64,000 nt of DNA from the human T2T-CHM13v2.0 reference genome, Homo sapiens. Positions 51,006 to 64,000 of this stretch are shown here, in pieces; the first letter of the stretch is position 1, and the number at the start of each line of letters is the position of its first letter. Both the position numbers and the translations under genes were made by a program. The DNA is taken from the NCBI RefSeq assembly GCF_009914755.1, contig NC_060928.1. One strand, given 5' to 3'. Under the pieces are notes generated by a model that saw nothing but the letters and a program-made list of their open reading frames with translations, was not told where the DNA came from and did not search any database.

Positions 51006-54000
51006 ACATTTTCTTTATCCACTCGTTGATTAATGGGCATCTGGTTCCATATTTTTGTAATTGCGAATTGTGCTGCCATAAACATGTGTGCAAATATCTT
51101 ATTTGTATAATGACTTCTTTTCCTCTGAGTAGATACCTACTAGTGGGATTGCTGTATCAATCAGTAGATCTACTTTTAGTTAAGGAATCTCCACAATGTT
51201 TTCCATAGTGGTTGTACTAGTTTACATTCCCACCAACAGTATAAAAGTGTTCCCTTTTTGCCCCATCCACACCAACATCTATTTTTTTTTATTATGGCCA
51301 TTGTTGCAGGAGTGAGGTGGTATTGCATTGTGGTTTTGATTTGCATTTCTCTGATCATTAGTGATGTTGATCATTTTTGCATATGCTGGTTAGCCAGTTG
51401 TATATCTTCTTTTCAGAATTGTCCGTTCATCTCCTTAGCCCACTTTTTGATGGGATTGTTTGTTTTTTTCTTGCTGATTTGTTTGAGTTCCTTGTAGATT
51501 CTGGATATTAGTCCTTTGTCAGATGTATAGATTGTGAAGATTTTCTCCCACTCTGTGGGGTGTTAACTCTGATGATTATTTATTTTGCTATGCAGAAACT
51601 TTAGTTTAATTAAGTCCCATCTATTTATCTTTGTTTTTGTTGCATTTGCTTTTGGGTTCTTGGTCATGAAGTCTTTGCCTAAGCCAATGTCTAGAAGGGT
51701 TTTTCCAATGTTATCTTCTAGAATCTTTATGGTTTCACATCTTAGATTTAAGTCTTTGATCCATCTTGAGTTGATTTTTGTATAAGGCTGAGAGATCAGG
51801 ATCCAGTTTCATTCTTCCACCTGTGGCTTGCCAACCACCCCAGCACCATTTGTTGAATAGGATGTCCTTTCCCCACTTTATGTTTTTGTTTACTTTGTCA
51901 AAGATTAGTTGGCTCTAAGTATTTGGCTTTATTTCTGGGTTCTCTATTTTGTTCCATTGTTCTATGTGCCTAATTTTTATACCATGCCATTTTGGTGACT
52001 GTGGCTTTATATTAGAGTTTGAAGGTGGGTAATGAGATGCCTCCAGATTTTTTTTGCTTAGCAATGCTTTGGCTATGAGGGCTCTTTTTTGGTTCCAAAT
52101 ATTAATTTTAGGATTGGTTTTTCTAGTTATGTGAAGAATGATGGTGGTATTTTGATGGGAATTGCACTGAATTTGTAGATTGCTTTTGGCAGTATGGCCA
52201 TTTTCACAATATTGATTCTACCCATCCATGGGCATGGGATGTGTTTCCATTTGTTGGTATTGTCTATGATTTCTTTCATCAGTGTTTTGTAGTTTTCTTT
52301 GTAGAGGTCTTTCACCTCCTTGCTTCAGTATATTCCTAAGTATTTTTTTGCAGCTATTGTGAAAGGGGTTGAGTTCTTGATTTGATTCTCAGTTGGTAAC
52401 TTTTGGTGTACAGCAGAGCTACTGATTTGTGTACATTAATTTTGTATCCTGAAACTTTGCTGAATTCATTTAGCAGATCTAGATGCTTTTTGGATGAGTC
52501 TTTAGGGTTTTCTAGGTATATAGTCATATCATTAGCAAACAGTGACAGTTTGACTTCTTCTTTACTTATTTGGATGCCCTTTATTTTTTTATCTTGTCTG
52601 ATTTCTCTGGCTAGGACTTTGAGTACTGTGTTGAATAGAAGTGGTGAAAGTGGGCATCCTTGTCTTGTTCCAGTTCTCAGGAGGAATGCTTTCAACTTTT
52701 CCCCATTCAGTATAATATTGGCTCTAGGTTTGTCATAGGTGGCTTTTATAACCTTAAGGTATGTCCCTTGTATGCTGATTTTGCTGAGGGTTTTAATCAT
52801 ATAAGGATGCCGGATTTTGTCAAATGCTTTTTCTGTGTCTATTGAGATGATCATGTGATTTTTGTTTTAAGTTCTGTTTATGTAGTGTATCATTTATTGA
52901 CTTATGTATGTTAAACCATCCCTGCATTCCTGGTATGAAACCCACTTGATCATGGTGGATTATCTTTTTGATATGCTATTGGATTTGGTTCACTAGTATT
53001 TTGTTGAGGATTTTTGCCCCTATGTTCATCAGGGATATCAGTCTGTAGTTTTCTCTTTCTGTTATGTCCCTCCCTGGTTTGGGTGTTAGGGTGATACTGG
53101 CTTCATACAATGGTTTAGGAAGGATCCCTCTTTTTCTGTCTTTCAGAATAGTGTCAATAGGTTTGGTACCAATTCTTTTTTGAATGTCTGATAGAATTTA
53201 TCTGTGAGTCTGTCTGGTCCTGGACTTTTTTTGTTGGCAGTTTTTCCATAACCATTTCAATCTCGCTACTTGTTATTTGTCTGTTCAGAGATCCTATATC
53301 TTCCTTGTTTCATCTAGGATGGTTGTATATTTCCAGGAATTTATCCATCTCTTTTAGGTTTTCTAGTTTATGCACATAAAGGTGTCTATAGTAGCCTTCA
53401 GTAATCTTTTGTATTGCTGTGTTATCAGTTGTAATATCTCCCATTTCATTTCTAATTGAACTTATTTGGATCTTCTCTCTTTTCTTGGTTAATCTTTCTA
53501 ATGGTCTATCAATTTTATATATCTTTTCAAAGAACCGGATTAGTTTAATGAAGTCTAGCTTATCAGTTTCATGGATTGTGGTTTTGGTGTTGTCTCTAAA
53601 AAGTTAGTGTCATACCCAGTGTCATCTAAATTTTCTCCCATGTTCTAGGAATTTTATAGTTTAGCATTTTACATTTAGATATATGATCCACTTAGAGTTA
53701 ATTTTTGTGAAGGGTGTATGGTGTGTGTCTAGATTGATATTTTTTATATGGGTGCCCAGTTGTTCTAGCACCATTTGTTGAAAAGACCATCTTTGCTCTT
53801 TACATTGTATTTGTTCCTTTGTCAAAGATCAGTTGACAGTATTTATGTGAGTATATTTGTGGACTCTCTGTTCCATTGACATATTTGTCTGTTCTTTCAC
53901 CAATAATACAATGTCTTGATTACTGTAGGTTTATATTAAGTCTTAAAGTAGGATAGTATCAGTCCCCAGACTTTGTTCTCCTCATTCAACATTGTACTGG

Positions 54001-54344
54001 CTGTTCTTGGTCTTTTGCTTCTCCATATAAACTTTAGAATACCTTGTTGGAATTTTGATTGGGATTGCATTGAATATATAGATCAAGTTATGAAGAACTG
54101 ACATCTTGACAATATTGAGTCTTCCTATCCATGAACATGGAATATCTCTCCATTTGTTTAGTTCTCCTTTGATTTCATTTATCAGAGTATGGTAGTTTTC
54201 CTCATACAGATATTGTATATACTTTGTTAAATTTATAACTAAGTATATTTTATTTTGGGGAGTGCTAAGGTACATGGTATTGTGTTTTTAATTTCAAATT
54301 CCACTTATTCATCGCTGGTATATAGGAAAGCAATTGACTTCTAT

Positions 54345-54565
54345 GCTTGGGTGCAGTGGCTTATGCCTGTAATCCCAGCGCTTTGGGAGGCTGAGATGGG
54401 TGGATCACTTGAGGTCAGGAGTTCAAAACCAGCCTGGCCAACATTGTGAAACCCTACCTGTACCAAAAAATACAAAATTAAGCCGGGTGTGGTGGCACAT
54501 GTCTATAGTCTCAGCTACTCAGGAGGCTGAGGTGGGAGAATCACTTGAATCTGGGAGGCGGAGGC
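54345..54565 (+). mobile_element. AluS, 3'-truncated
   Basis: Left arm plus about half of the right arm, ending abruptly with no tail. Confidence 0.9.
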
Positions 54566-56149
54566 TCCTTATATACTGATGCAGCATACAGGGTTAATAT
54601 AGAAAATTGTAATATATAAGATTGTGTCAATTCTTTCAGATTTTCTGTGTAAACAATCATGTCATCTATGAACAAAGACAGTTTATTTCTTCCTTCCCAA
54701 TCACGTATTTCATGTTCTTGCCTTATTGCATTAGCTAGGCCTCCCACTGTGATGTTGAAAAGGAGTGGTGGTAGGGGACATCCTTGCCCCTTTCTGATCT
54801 TAGGAAATATCTCATTTCTCACCATTAAGTATGAAGTTAGCTGTAGGTTTTTTGTAGATATTCTTTATCAAGATAAAGAAGTTTCCCTCTATTCCTAGTA
54901 TACTAAGAGTTTTTATCATGAAGGGGTATTGGATTTTATCAAATGCTTTTTCTGCATATATTGATAGAATCATGTGATTTTTTTAAAGCCCATTGATCTG
55001 ATGGATTACATTAACTGGTTTTTGAATGTCAAACCTGCCTTGCATACCTGGGATAAATCTCCCTTGGCTGTGGTGTATATTTCTTTTTAGACATTGTTGG
55101 ATTCCCTCTGCTAATATTTTATTGGAGGTTTTTGAATGTATGTTCTTGAAAGATACTGGCCTGTCATTTTTTTTGTTTTTTTCTTATAATGTCTTTGTCT
55201 GGTTTTAGTATTAGGGTAATGCTGACCTCATAGAATGAGTTAGGAAGTATTCCCTCTGTTTCTGTCTTCTGAAAGAAATTAGAGAGAATTGGTATAATTT
55301 CTTACTTAAATGTTTGGTAGAATTCACCAGTCTACCCATCTGGGCCTGGTGCATTCTGCTTTTGCAAGTTGATTAATTATTGATTCAATTTCTTTAATAA
55401 GTATAGACCAATTTATAGTATCTGTTTCTTCTTGTATCTTTCAAGGAATTTGTCCATTCCATCTAGGTTATCAAATTTGTGAGCATGGGGTTGTTTACAG
55501 TATTCTTCTCCTATCCTTTTAATGTCCATGGACCCTGTACTAATGCCCCCCCCCTTTCATTTCTGGTATTAGTAATTTGTGTCCTCTCTATTTTTGTCTT
55601 AGTTAGGCTAGAGGCTTATACGTTTTATTGATTTTTTTCAAGGAAACAGCTTTTGGTTTCATCGATTTTTCTCTACGGCTTTCCTATTTTCAGTGTCGTT
55701 GATTTCTCCTCTAATTTTTATTATTTCTTTTCTTCTGCTTATTTTAGATTTAATTTGCTTTTTGTTCTAGTTTCTTAAAATAGAAACTTGGATTATTGAT
55801 TTTAGATATTTCTTCTTTTTTAATATATGCATTTAATGCTATAAATTTCCCCCAAGCACCACTTTTGCTGCACCATATAAGTTTTGATAAGTTGTGATTT
55901 CATTTTTTTAGTTCAAAATATTTTAAGACCTTCACTTTATACTGAAACATTCTGAGACATGAGAATAAATTATTAAACCTCACTGTTTTAGACCAATAAA
56001 GCCCTATCCGTTTAAATTGCCAATTACTTCGTTTAAGGCAGTATAGCACAGCAGTTTAATAGTCAAGATTCTCTACTCAGTGTATTTTAAAATTTCAGCT
56101 TGAACAGTAGTTACGTGAACTTAATCAAGGTCTTTTCCTTAATGGCTTC

Positions 56150-56752
56150 ATTGAGATATTTCACATATCATAGAATTTTCCCATTTAAAATGTGCAATCC
56201 AACATTTTTTAGTCTGTTCACAGAGCTGCCTAACCATCGCCGCAATCAATTTTAGAACATTTCACCATCTAATAAAGAAATTCCGTGACCATTCGTAGTT
56301 ATTATTTACTTCTCTCTTTCCTCTCCCAATTTCTTCTTCTCCCTACCCCTCCATCCCCAGGCAATCATTTGCATAGTTTTCATTTCTGTAAGCTTACCTG
56401 TTCTAAATATTTTTTTAAATTTGACTCCTCTTATCTGTGATTGTATATCCTTTGACCAACATTTCCTCATTTACCCTCTCCCCTAACTACCCAAGCCTTT
56501 GGTAATCACCATTCTACTCTCTCCTTCTGTGATATCAGCTTTTTTAGGTTCCACATATGAGTGAGATCATGTGGTAGTTGTCTTTCTGTGCCTGGCTTAT
56601 TTCATTTAACATAATGCCCTCTAGGTTCATCTGTGTTGTCATAAATAACAGGATTTTGTTCTTTTTATGGCTAAATAGTATTCCATTATGTATATATGGC
56701 ACATTTTCTTTATCCATTCATCTGTTGATGAACACTTAGGTTGATTCCATTT
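56150..56752 (-). mobile_element. L1MA/L1MB 3'UTR fragments
   Basis: GGTTCCACATATGAGTGAGATCATG...TTTCTGTGCCTGGCTTATTTCATTTAACATAATG. Confidence 0.75.
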
Positions 56753-56853
56753 CTCTTGAGATTTCTCATTGTATTAAAAAGTAGGATTTATTGAGTATGT
56801 ATCTTCTAATGGAAAATATTAAGGAATTTAATGCCTTAAGAAATCTAGTTAAA

Positions 56854-57140
56854 GGCCAGGCATGGTGGCTTATGCCTGTAATCCAAGCACTTTGGTAGGC
56901 TGAGGTGGACAGATCATCTGAGGTCGGGAGTTCAAGACCAGCCTGACCAACATGGAGAAACCCCGTCTCTACTAAAAATACAAAATAAGCTGGGTGTGAT
57001 GGTGCATGCCTGTAATCCCAGCTATTTGGGAAGCTGAGGCAGGAGAATCACTTGAACCTGGGAGGCGGAGGTTGCGGTGAGCCGAGTTCATGCCATTTCA
57101 CTCCAGCCTAGGCAACCAGAGTGAAACTATGTCCACAAAA
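56854..57140 (+). mobile_element. AluS (Sp/Sq-like) element
   Basis: Full dimer with a very short tail; TSD AAGAAATCTAGTTAAA. Confidence 0.93.
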
Positions 57141-57165
57141 GAAATCTAGTTAAAAACGTGTGTGA

Positions 57166-57492
57166 GGCCGGCCGCAGTGGCTCACACCTGTAATCCCAGC
57201 ACTTTGGGAGTACACACCTGTAATCCCAGCACTTTGGGAGGCCGAGGTGGGAGGATCACAAGGTCAGGAGTTCGAGACCATCCTGGCTAACACGGTGAAA
57301 CCCCATCTCTACTAAAAATACAAAAAATTAGGCAGGCGTGGTGACGGGCGCCTGTAGTCCCAGCTACTCGGGAGGCAGAGGCAGGAGAATGGCATGAACC
57401 TAGGAGGCAGAGCTTGCCATGAGCCAAGATTGTGCCACTGGCACTCCAGCCTGAGCAACAGAGGGACACTCTGTCTCAAAAAAAAAAAAAAA
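57166..57492 (+). mobile_element. AluY/Sc-like element with an internal 30-bp tandem duplication
   Basis: GAGACCATCCTGGCTAACACGG diagnostic; TSD CGTGTGTGA. Confidence 0.92.
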
Positions 57493-58108
57493 GTCGTGTG
57501 TGAGGTAACATGCCTGGCAATTTTAGGTGGAAATAGTTATTTTTGCTTGTTTATTTTTAAAAACAAACTAAATAGTTATTTTTAACTTGGAAAAAACCTA
57601 TTTGTTCCAGGTTTAGTATATAATGAGGTCTTACTTTAGTTTTTCTTCCCAGATATTTGAGAATTTTCCTCATTTTGATATTCTTTTTTCAATCATATTT
57701 TCCTAGGGTACAGTGAAATAATTAAGAGAAAAGATATTTGTATGTTTTCGTTTAAGGAATATAAACAAACATATATATTAATCTTGTATACTAATTAGCC
57801 TGTAGAGTTTAGTAGCAGGAATAGCAACTCATTGAACAGTTTCTGAGATCAAATACCACAAATTGGTAATTTTTTGTCCTGTGGTTTTTCACAAGACAGA
57901 CTAATAGCCACAAAAAAAGGGAACCTGAAGTATTTGCTAGATGCAGAAAAATGTAGGTCACAAATGAGTAATAACTCATACTGTGTGAAAAGCATTGAAA
58001 GGCATGACTAATATTTCAAAAGCTTTTGTCATCTCAGTAAGACACAGTTAGTGTGTGAAACAGTCCTGCAGAGAGTGCCTTGGCCTTTAAAGAAAAAAAA
58101 AAGATTCT

Positions 58109-58191
58109 CTGGGAGGCGGATTGCAGTGAGCTGAGATTGCGCCACTGCACTCCAGCCTGGGCGACAAAGCGAGATTCCATCTCAAAAAAAA
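58109..58191 (+). mobile_element. 5'-truncated Alu (3' end of the right arm)
   Basis: GGGAGGCGGATTGCAGTGAGCTGAGATTGCGCCACTGCACTCCAGCCTGGGCGAC plus A-tail, flanked by GATTCT. Confidence 0.88.
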
Positions 58192-58776
58192 GGGATTCTT
58201 ATTCACAAATAGCATGTATGCCACACAATTCAATTGCCGATAGTTTTCATTTGTATATATATTTGTATTACAGATTAAACTTCAGATTAAATTTATTCTG
58301 TTTTTAAATTTGGAATGCTTCAAAGAAGAACAAAGGTGATACATGAAAGAGTTCAGGCAATTTCCATAGAAACAAAACCCAAATCCTAAGTAAGAGATTT
58401 TTTTTTCTAATAACTCTGTGGGGTAGTTGAACTGTGCCAGATTCCAGAGGAACACTTGCCTTCGTGTTTTAATCTAGGAATAAAGATTGACAACCCTTGA
58501 ATGCAAAACGTTGTGTCCAGGAGAAAGACAGGGAAGAATGTTGATATTTTTCAAGAATCCAACTATTGAGTAATATACAAGAAATGGAGAATCGAGAACA
58601 ACTCAAAATAAGTTGGCTACTTTAAGACTGATTTTCATTTTCTTCTATGAAATCAAAAGGGTTAAATTAATTTCTAACTTAAAACTGGAAAGCAACTTTT
58701 GAAGCTCATAAATTTACTATGCATTGAATACATGTGAAGACCATTTTGCAGTTATTGAGATTTAGTTGAAATATGC

Positions 58777-58876
58777 TATGTTAAATGAGTAAGTTGTTTT
58801 ATATTTGCAAAGCTTAAAAACAATATGTTAAATAAGTAAACTGTTTTACAGTGGCAAAGCTTAAAAACAATATGTT
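58777..58876. repeat. 47-bp tandem duplication (about 2.1 copies)
   Basis: TATGTTAAAT...GCAAAGCTTAAAAACAA repeats at 58777 and 58824. Confidence 0.85.
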
Positions 58877-59024
58877 CCATTTTGAGACATTTCCTAAGTA
58901 ACACAAAAGAGAAAGATACTCAATTTTTCAAGTAGTAATTAAGCACTTTTTATATGGCCATTACTAAAAAAGTAACTAATATGAGTCAAATGTTTATGTT
59001 ACTCTTTTTTTTTTTTTAACATAG

Positions 59025-59078
59025 ATGGAATTAGACATGGCATTAAGTGACTTGGAGGCTGCAGATTTTGCAGAACTG
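59025..59078 (+). CDS. INTU: INTU exon (probably exon 9, 54 nt)
   Basis: Poly-T tract, ATAG acceptor and donor CTG|GTAAGG. Reads MELDMALSDLEAADFAEL; phase 0-0. Confidence 0.93.
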
Positions 59079-59434
59079 GTAAGGGAAGGAGTGGATTTTA
59101 TAAAAGGCTCAATGTTGAATTATTTTGTATACCAGTCATTATTCTAAATATTTACCAAGTGGATATATAATAATCTTGAAATACACATTAGGCCTCTGTT
59201 TTGACAGTGACAAAATCTATTTTGCTTGCCTTAGGATTTTCTACTGAGTTTAAACAGTTGTTACATAATGTATATTATGGGATTAAAAATGATTAATTAC
59301 ACTGGTGTCACTGAGAACTAAGCTTTTGAGGAAAATAAATATAGATGTAATACTGATTAAGTTAAATAAGAACCCTGTAGAGCTGTACTTAAATTGGAAG
59401 TGTCAATATCGTTTTTAATCTTTTAATTATTGTA

Positions 59435-60792
59435 TTTCCTAGCTATGGCCAATGAAAAGGCCTAGCAATAGTGACCATCGCAGTAGCGATAAGTACCACT
59501 AATACCCAGACCATGGTGTATAAATAACATTTCTCACCAAAAGGAACCAGGACTCCTCAAGAATTGGCTCATTCAAAATTGGGGCTGAAAATGCACAAGA
59601 TAAGTCTGAGAACATCTTGTCATATCAGAAATTCAGAAAGCTTTCCAAAAATTAATAGGGTTATAGTAGAGCTCAAACTGTCATGAGACAACTTGAAGAG
59701 GCTCCCTGTTGAACATCTATAAGGAAATAACTACAACAGATTGAAACACATCAGATATGTATAAGCTCATGAGTGCATAATGATACTAAAAAAAAAAAAA
59801 AGGAAACTTACTAGTCAACTTTGGAGAATATGAGGGCACTAACTTGTTTTTGTGAAAACTGTTAAATGAAGAAAAATCAGACATTTATCCTGCCTTTCTT
59901 GTCTAAACCATATGTCAAGGTTACCAAACAGAGGTGAAGGAGAGCTTCTTTTTATGAAAGTAGTCTAACTGAAATGTCAAGAAAGACTGACAGAATTGGA
60001 ATATCACCATTTTGCAGTCCCTCAATGAATTAATGGATCTAGGCAATGGTCATCAATAGCTATTAATATCACAAACAGAAAAACAGCAGATAATATGTTG
60101 TTCCTGATGGAAGCACACAGAACACCTATAAAATATGCTTGATGAAGCCTCAAGATTGAACTACCAACTTATAGGAAATACCACTGAAAAGGAGGCATGT
60201 TAAGTTACTCCATTTTTGGAAGAGGGGTTGCAGTCAGCAAAATCCAGACTGGCAAATACTGCAGGACACTTTCTTCTCCAAATAAATTAGAAAAGGCTGG
60301 CGTGAGGTGGGGGAGAAGGGAGAGAAGTTGAGAGAGATCTCAGTTACAAGAGACTGAATATTATCAACCAAGTGTATGTATGTCCTTTCTTAGATCCTAA
60401 TTCAAACAAACTTTTAAAAACCTCTATGAGACAACGAATCTCATAGATGAGGCTGAATCTATTCATGAGTCTCATACATTCAAGGAAAGTAAACACTAAT
60501 GACTGGGTATTAGATGAAAATAATTCTTTATATTGTGATAATGGTATGATTATATGTATTTTAAGATTCCTTCTGTTTTATACATACATTCTGAAGTGTT
60601 TACAGATGAAATTATATAATATCTGGGATTGGTTTTGAAATAATTCAGCAGGAGGAAGGGAAGATGATGATACAGATGAAACAAGATAAGCCATGGACTG
60701 GTCATAGTTAAACCTGGGTGATGATGGCTATACAGGAACTAATTATACAATTCCCTTTTTGTATATGCTAAAATTCTCAGTAATAAAAGTTC
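59435..60792 (+). mobile_element. L1MC-like 3'UTR
   Basis: CCTAGCTATGGCCAATGAAAAGGCCTAG...GATGAAACAAGATAAGCCATG...TAATAAAAGTT. Confidence 0.65.
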
Positions 60793-61179
60793 TTTTACAA
60801 AGTAAATGGGAAGTAAGGAGGTAAAAGCCATGAGGTGTGGATTATTCTCAAGAAGATCGCCAGTGAAAGTGGGAGGAGAATGTTAGCTTGAAAGGGTAAC
60901 TGAGTCTTAACAAACACCCTAAACAAATGGAAGGGTGTTTTGTCTGTAAAAATAATAGAAATTTAGGGATGGTAAACTCTTATGGCTCATAATTTTTTGA
61001 GTAATGGAAAATGTTTAGATGGATATTAACTATTAGGAGCAGTTCAGATCTAAAGTATTAAAATATCTGGTTTTTGGAACTTACATCCAAAATGTTTAAT
61101 TTAAAAATCTAATTCCTGCCTTTATAGAACACTATTTTAATGAGCAGTGGAGTTAACAATATTTTCTATGGTTAAAAAA

Positions 61180-62900
61180 TAATCTATTGTGATTCCTTAG
61201 ATACAGTAAAAAAAAAAGAAAGAAAACCATAATTCATAAAAGAAAAAATGGATAAATTGAGAATGTAAAATGGTACAACTACTTTGGAAGACAGTTTGGC
61301 AATTTCTTAATAACCTAAACATATACCTACCATGTAATTCAACCAGTCTGTTCCTATCTTTTTAAACCAAGAGAACTGAAAGCATATGTAATACAAAGAC
61401 CTGTATACAAAGCAACTTTATTTGTAATAGCCAAAAAGTGGAAACAACTCAAATAACTTAACTGTCCATCAGCAGGTGTGAATACCAAAACAAATTCTGG
61501 TATATCCAGGAATGGACTACTACTCAGAAAAAAAGTTGGTGTAGGGAGGTGTTGAGGGAACTGTTCTACATCTCAATTTTGGTGGCACTTACATAGCTAT
61601 ATGCATTTGTCAAAACTCACAGAACACTTCACATTGAATTTTGCCTTTAAAAAAATATGAAAATAAGGATCTATTCTACACTTTTTGGTGAAATTAGATT
61701 AAAGATTTAATCTTATATCCTAATGCTGTGTTTTCCTTAGTTTTTAAAAAATATTATTAAGGTATAATTTATGTTCAGTAAATTCTTCTGTCCCCTTTGG
61801 AGTCGACCCCTCTCCATACCCCCAACCTCTGGCAATCACTGATCTGTGTTCTGTCCCCATGATTTTGCCTTTTCCAGGATGTAATATAAAGTGAATCATC
61901 CTGCTCAGCCTGGCCCTAATGCTGCTCTGGTTGCTCAGCATACCTCCTTTTACCTTCTCATACCTGGGCATCCCTGCCCTGTTCAGCCCCACAGTTCCCA
62001 ACTATTTGGTTCCTGCTCCATGGTCAGGCCTCTGACAACCCCTTTGAATAAACCAGACACTCCACATGTGTCTTGAGAATTTAAATAAATAAATAATCAT
62101 ACAGTAGGTAATTTTTGTGTCTGGCTTTAACTTAGCATAAATGGATTTAAGATTCATTCCTGCTATTGTACAGGCAGTTCAGTCCTTAATATTGCTGAAT
62201 AGTAGTATTCCATCATATGCATGTATCACAATTTGTTTATCCATTCCCCAATTGAGGAATGGCTGGGTTATTTCCAGTTTTTAGTTTTCTTTAGGTTTCA
62301 TTGGGTTTTTTAAAAAGAAAAAAAACTTATAAAAGTAATAGCTGTGTACGGGGTGAAGCTCCAAGCATGGTTATTAAAAGCAAATACCTTCGCTTATCCC
62401 TTTCTCTCACTTCCATCCCCAGGTGTAACTGCTCTTATGGATTGGAATGTATCCTTCCAGACCTTTTTCCATATACATACATTCCCACACACAAACCAAC
62501 ACACATGTATATAGTTGGTGGGGATGCTATTTTTAACAAAAATCAGATGATAACATATATTTTGTTCTGCAGCTTGCCTTCTTTGCTGAGCAGTGTATCC
62601 TAAAACCTTTTATGCCTGCTCATATAGATCAATCATATTTTTTTAACATATGTATGATATTCTGTGGTATATCTAGTTTTGCTGGCCATTCCTCCATTGT
62701 TGAATTTCATGTTATCTCTAATTTTTCCATATTACAAATAATCCAACTGTTAACTTTTTATATAAAAATCATGATTCCACTGCTTGAGTATTCCTGTAGA
62801 TTTCTAGAAGTAGAATTACTCAGAGGGTATATATACTTAATTTTTTTTACATACCACTCAGTTGCTTGCAAATAGGTTGCATCAATTAGTGCTTTCAAAA
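61180..62900. mobile_element. Cluster of old L1M fragments in both orientations
   Basis: GAATGTAAAATGGTACAACTACTTTGGAAGACAGTTTGGC (+) and CAATCACTGATCTGTGTTCTGTCCCCAT (-). Boundaries approximate. Confidence 0.6.
61900..62094 (+). other. Candidate 5'-truncated retroposed RNA 3' end inserted in an old L1
   Basis: GC-richer 195-nt insert, AATAAA at 62047-62052, A-rich tail, duplicated flank ...AATCAT. Confidence 0.55.
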
Positions 62901-63242
62901 ATAGCTTATGGTAATATTGGATACTGTAGATGATGTAGAGTAAAAGTTTTTTGTCCTAAAAAGATGTGTTGTAAGAAATCCCTCATAGAGTGACAGATTT
63001 TATGTTCTTAATGTCTCTAATCAAACATCTTAAAAGAATGAAACATAAGGTTGTTCTCAGTGAAGTAAACGTATGCATATTGTATTTCATCCTAATATTC
63101 TGGTATATTGATTTCTAAAGATGGCACTATGAAAAGTTTAGTTACTAAAGAATATAATTTTCATTTTAACTATTATAGCTTAATTGGAATTTTTATCACA
63201 AAAAAATAAAAATATAAAATCCACTATGAATTTTTCCCCCAG

Positions 63243-63305
63243 TCCGAGGATTACTATGACATGAGGCGGCTGTATACAATTTTGGGGTCTTCTCTATTTT
63301 ACAAG
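63243..63305 (+). CDS. INTU: INTU exon (probably exon 10, 63 nt)
   Basis: TTTTTCCCCCAG acceptor and donor AAG|GTAAGT. Reads [21 protein letters not shown]; phase 0-0. Confidence 0.93.
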
Positions 63306-63440
63306 GTAAGTTGAAGCTTGAAGTCTAAATGTCCAGCTGCTGTATAAAGAGAACTAAATTTTCAAAACTTTTACAAACATGAAAAATACATTTATCTCTT
63401 TTCTTTCAAATGTAGGTACCATAAGATTAAGAGCTTTCTC

Positions 63441-63608
63441 ATTTTAGAGACAGGGTCTTGCTCTGCCACCTAGGCTGGAGTACGGGGTACAATCATAGCT
63501 CACTGCAACCTCCAATTTCTGGGCTTAAGCAATTCCCAAGCTCAAACAATCCTCCTGCTTTGGCCTCCCAAAGTACTGGGATTACAGGCGTGAGCCACCA
63601 TGCCTGAC
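63441..63608 (-). mobile_element. AluJ-like element with an internal deletion
   Basis: Right-arm 3' end joined to left-arm 5' end. Confidence 0.8.
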
Positions 63609-63820
63609 CAGATTAAGACCTTAAAACAAGATTTGCATCTACATACTTGTAAATATAATAAATATTTATGGTTTCATTGCATTCTAAAGCATGTATAAAG
63701 TATTTACAAATGTGCACAGGAGAAGCAATACTCAAAGAACCAAGTTTGTAAGAGAGAAGACTAATATTTTTCTGGATTTCCTTTTGAAAGAGTGTATTTT
63801 TTATCCTGTGTTGAAAAGTC

Positions 63821-64000
63821 AGCTGGGCATGGTGGCTCACACCTGTAATCCCATCACTTTGGGGGGCCGAGGCAGGCAGAACACCAGAGGTCAGGAGTTC
63901 GAGATCAGCCTGTCTAACATGGTGAAACCCCATCTCTACTAAAAATACAAAAAAAAATTATCTGGGTATGGTGGTGTGTGCCTGTAATCCCAGCTACTCA
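63821..64000 (+). mobile_element. AluS, cut by the window edge
   Basis: Left arm, A-rich linker and start of the right arm. Confidence 0.92.

Larger units (their letters stand above)
49665..55925 (-). mobile_element. Nested L1 block: older L1MA/MB (49665-50590, 53540-55925) interrupted by an L1PB/old-L1PA (50585-53535) and an Alu
   Basis: Two separate 3'UTRs and two degenerate RT segments (LFANDM and LFIDDM) on the - strand. Confidence 0.85.

Noticed and set aside
52127-54825. Reverse-transcriptase-like ORFs on the minus strand
   Set aside because: They are decayed fragments of old L1 ORF2 with stops and frameshifts; the larger one has FAND in place of the catalytic FADD.
60425-60476. Small imperfect nested palindrome (TATGAGAC...GTCTCATA)
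   Set aside because: The stems are short, it lies within an old L1MC, and there is nothing to support a miRNA or MITE.

Overview
Primate (most likely human) genomic DNA, AT-rich and repeat-dense. The only host gene is INTU (inturned, a CPLANE/planar-cell-polarity effector): nine internal coding exons (probably exons 2-10, 1420 nt in total) lie on the + strand with canonical GT-AG boundaries and consistent reading phases. The introns contain two full-length young LINE-1s in head-to-head inverted orientation (9.18-15.21 kb on -, 35.58-41.76 kb on +), many Alus, older L1/L2/MIR/MaLR fragments and MER1A/Tigger4 DNA transposons. The most interesting observations are: (1) the antisense-promoter/ORF0 unit of the first L1 has an intact splice donor exactly in frame with the next INTU exon 731 nt downstream, predicting an ORF0-INTU fusion protein; (2) the two L1s differ by the ~127-bp 5'UTR segment whose loss is the known escape from ZNF93 repression; (3) the inverted L1 pair brackets four INTU exons; (4) two apparent ancient templated-insertion scars; and (5) a small orphan retrocopy. 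None of these can be shown to be expressed, or to be undescribed, from sequence alone.
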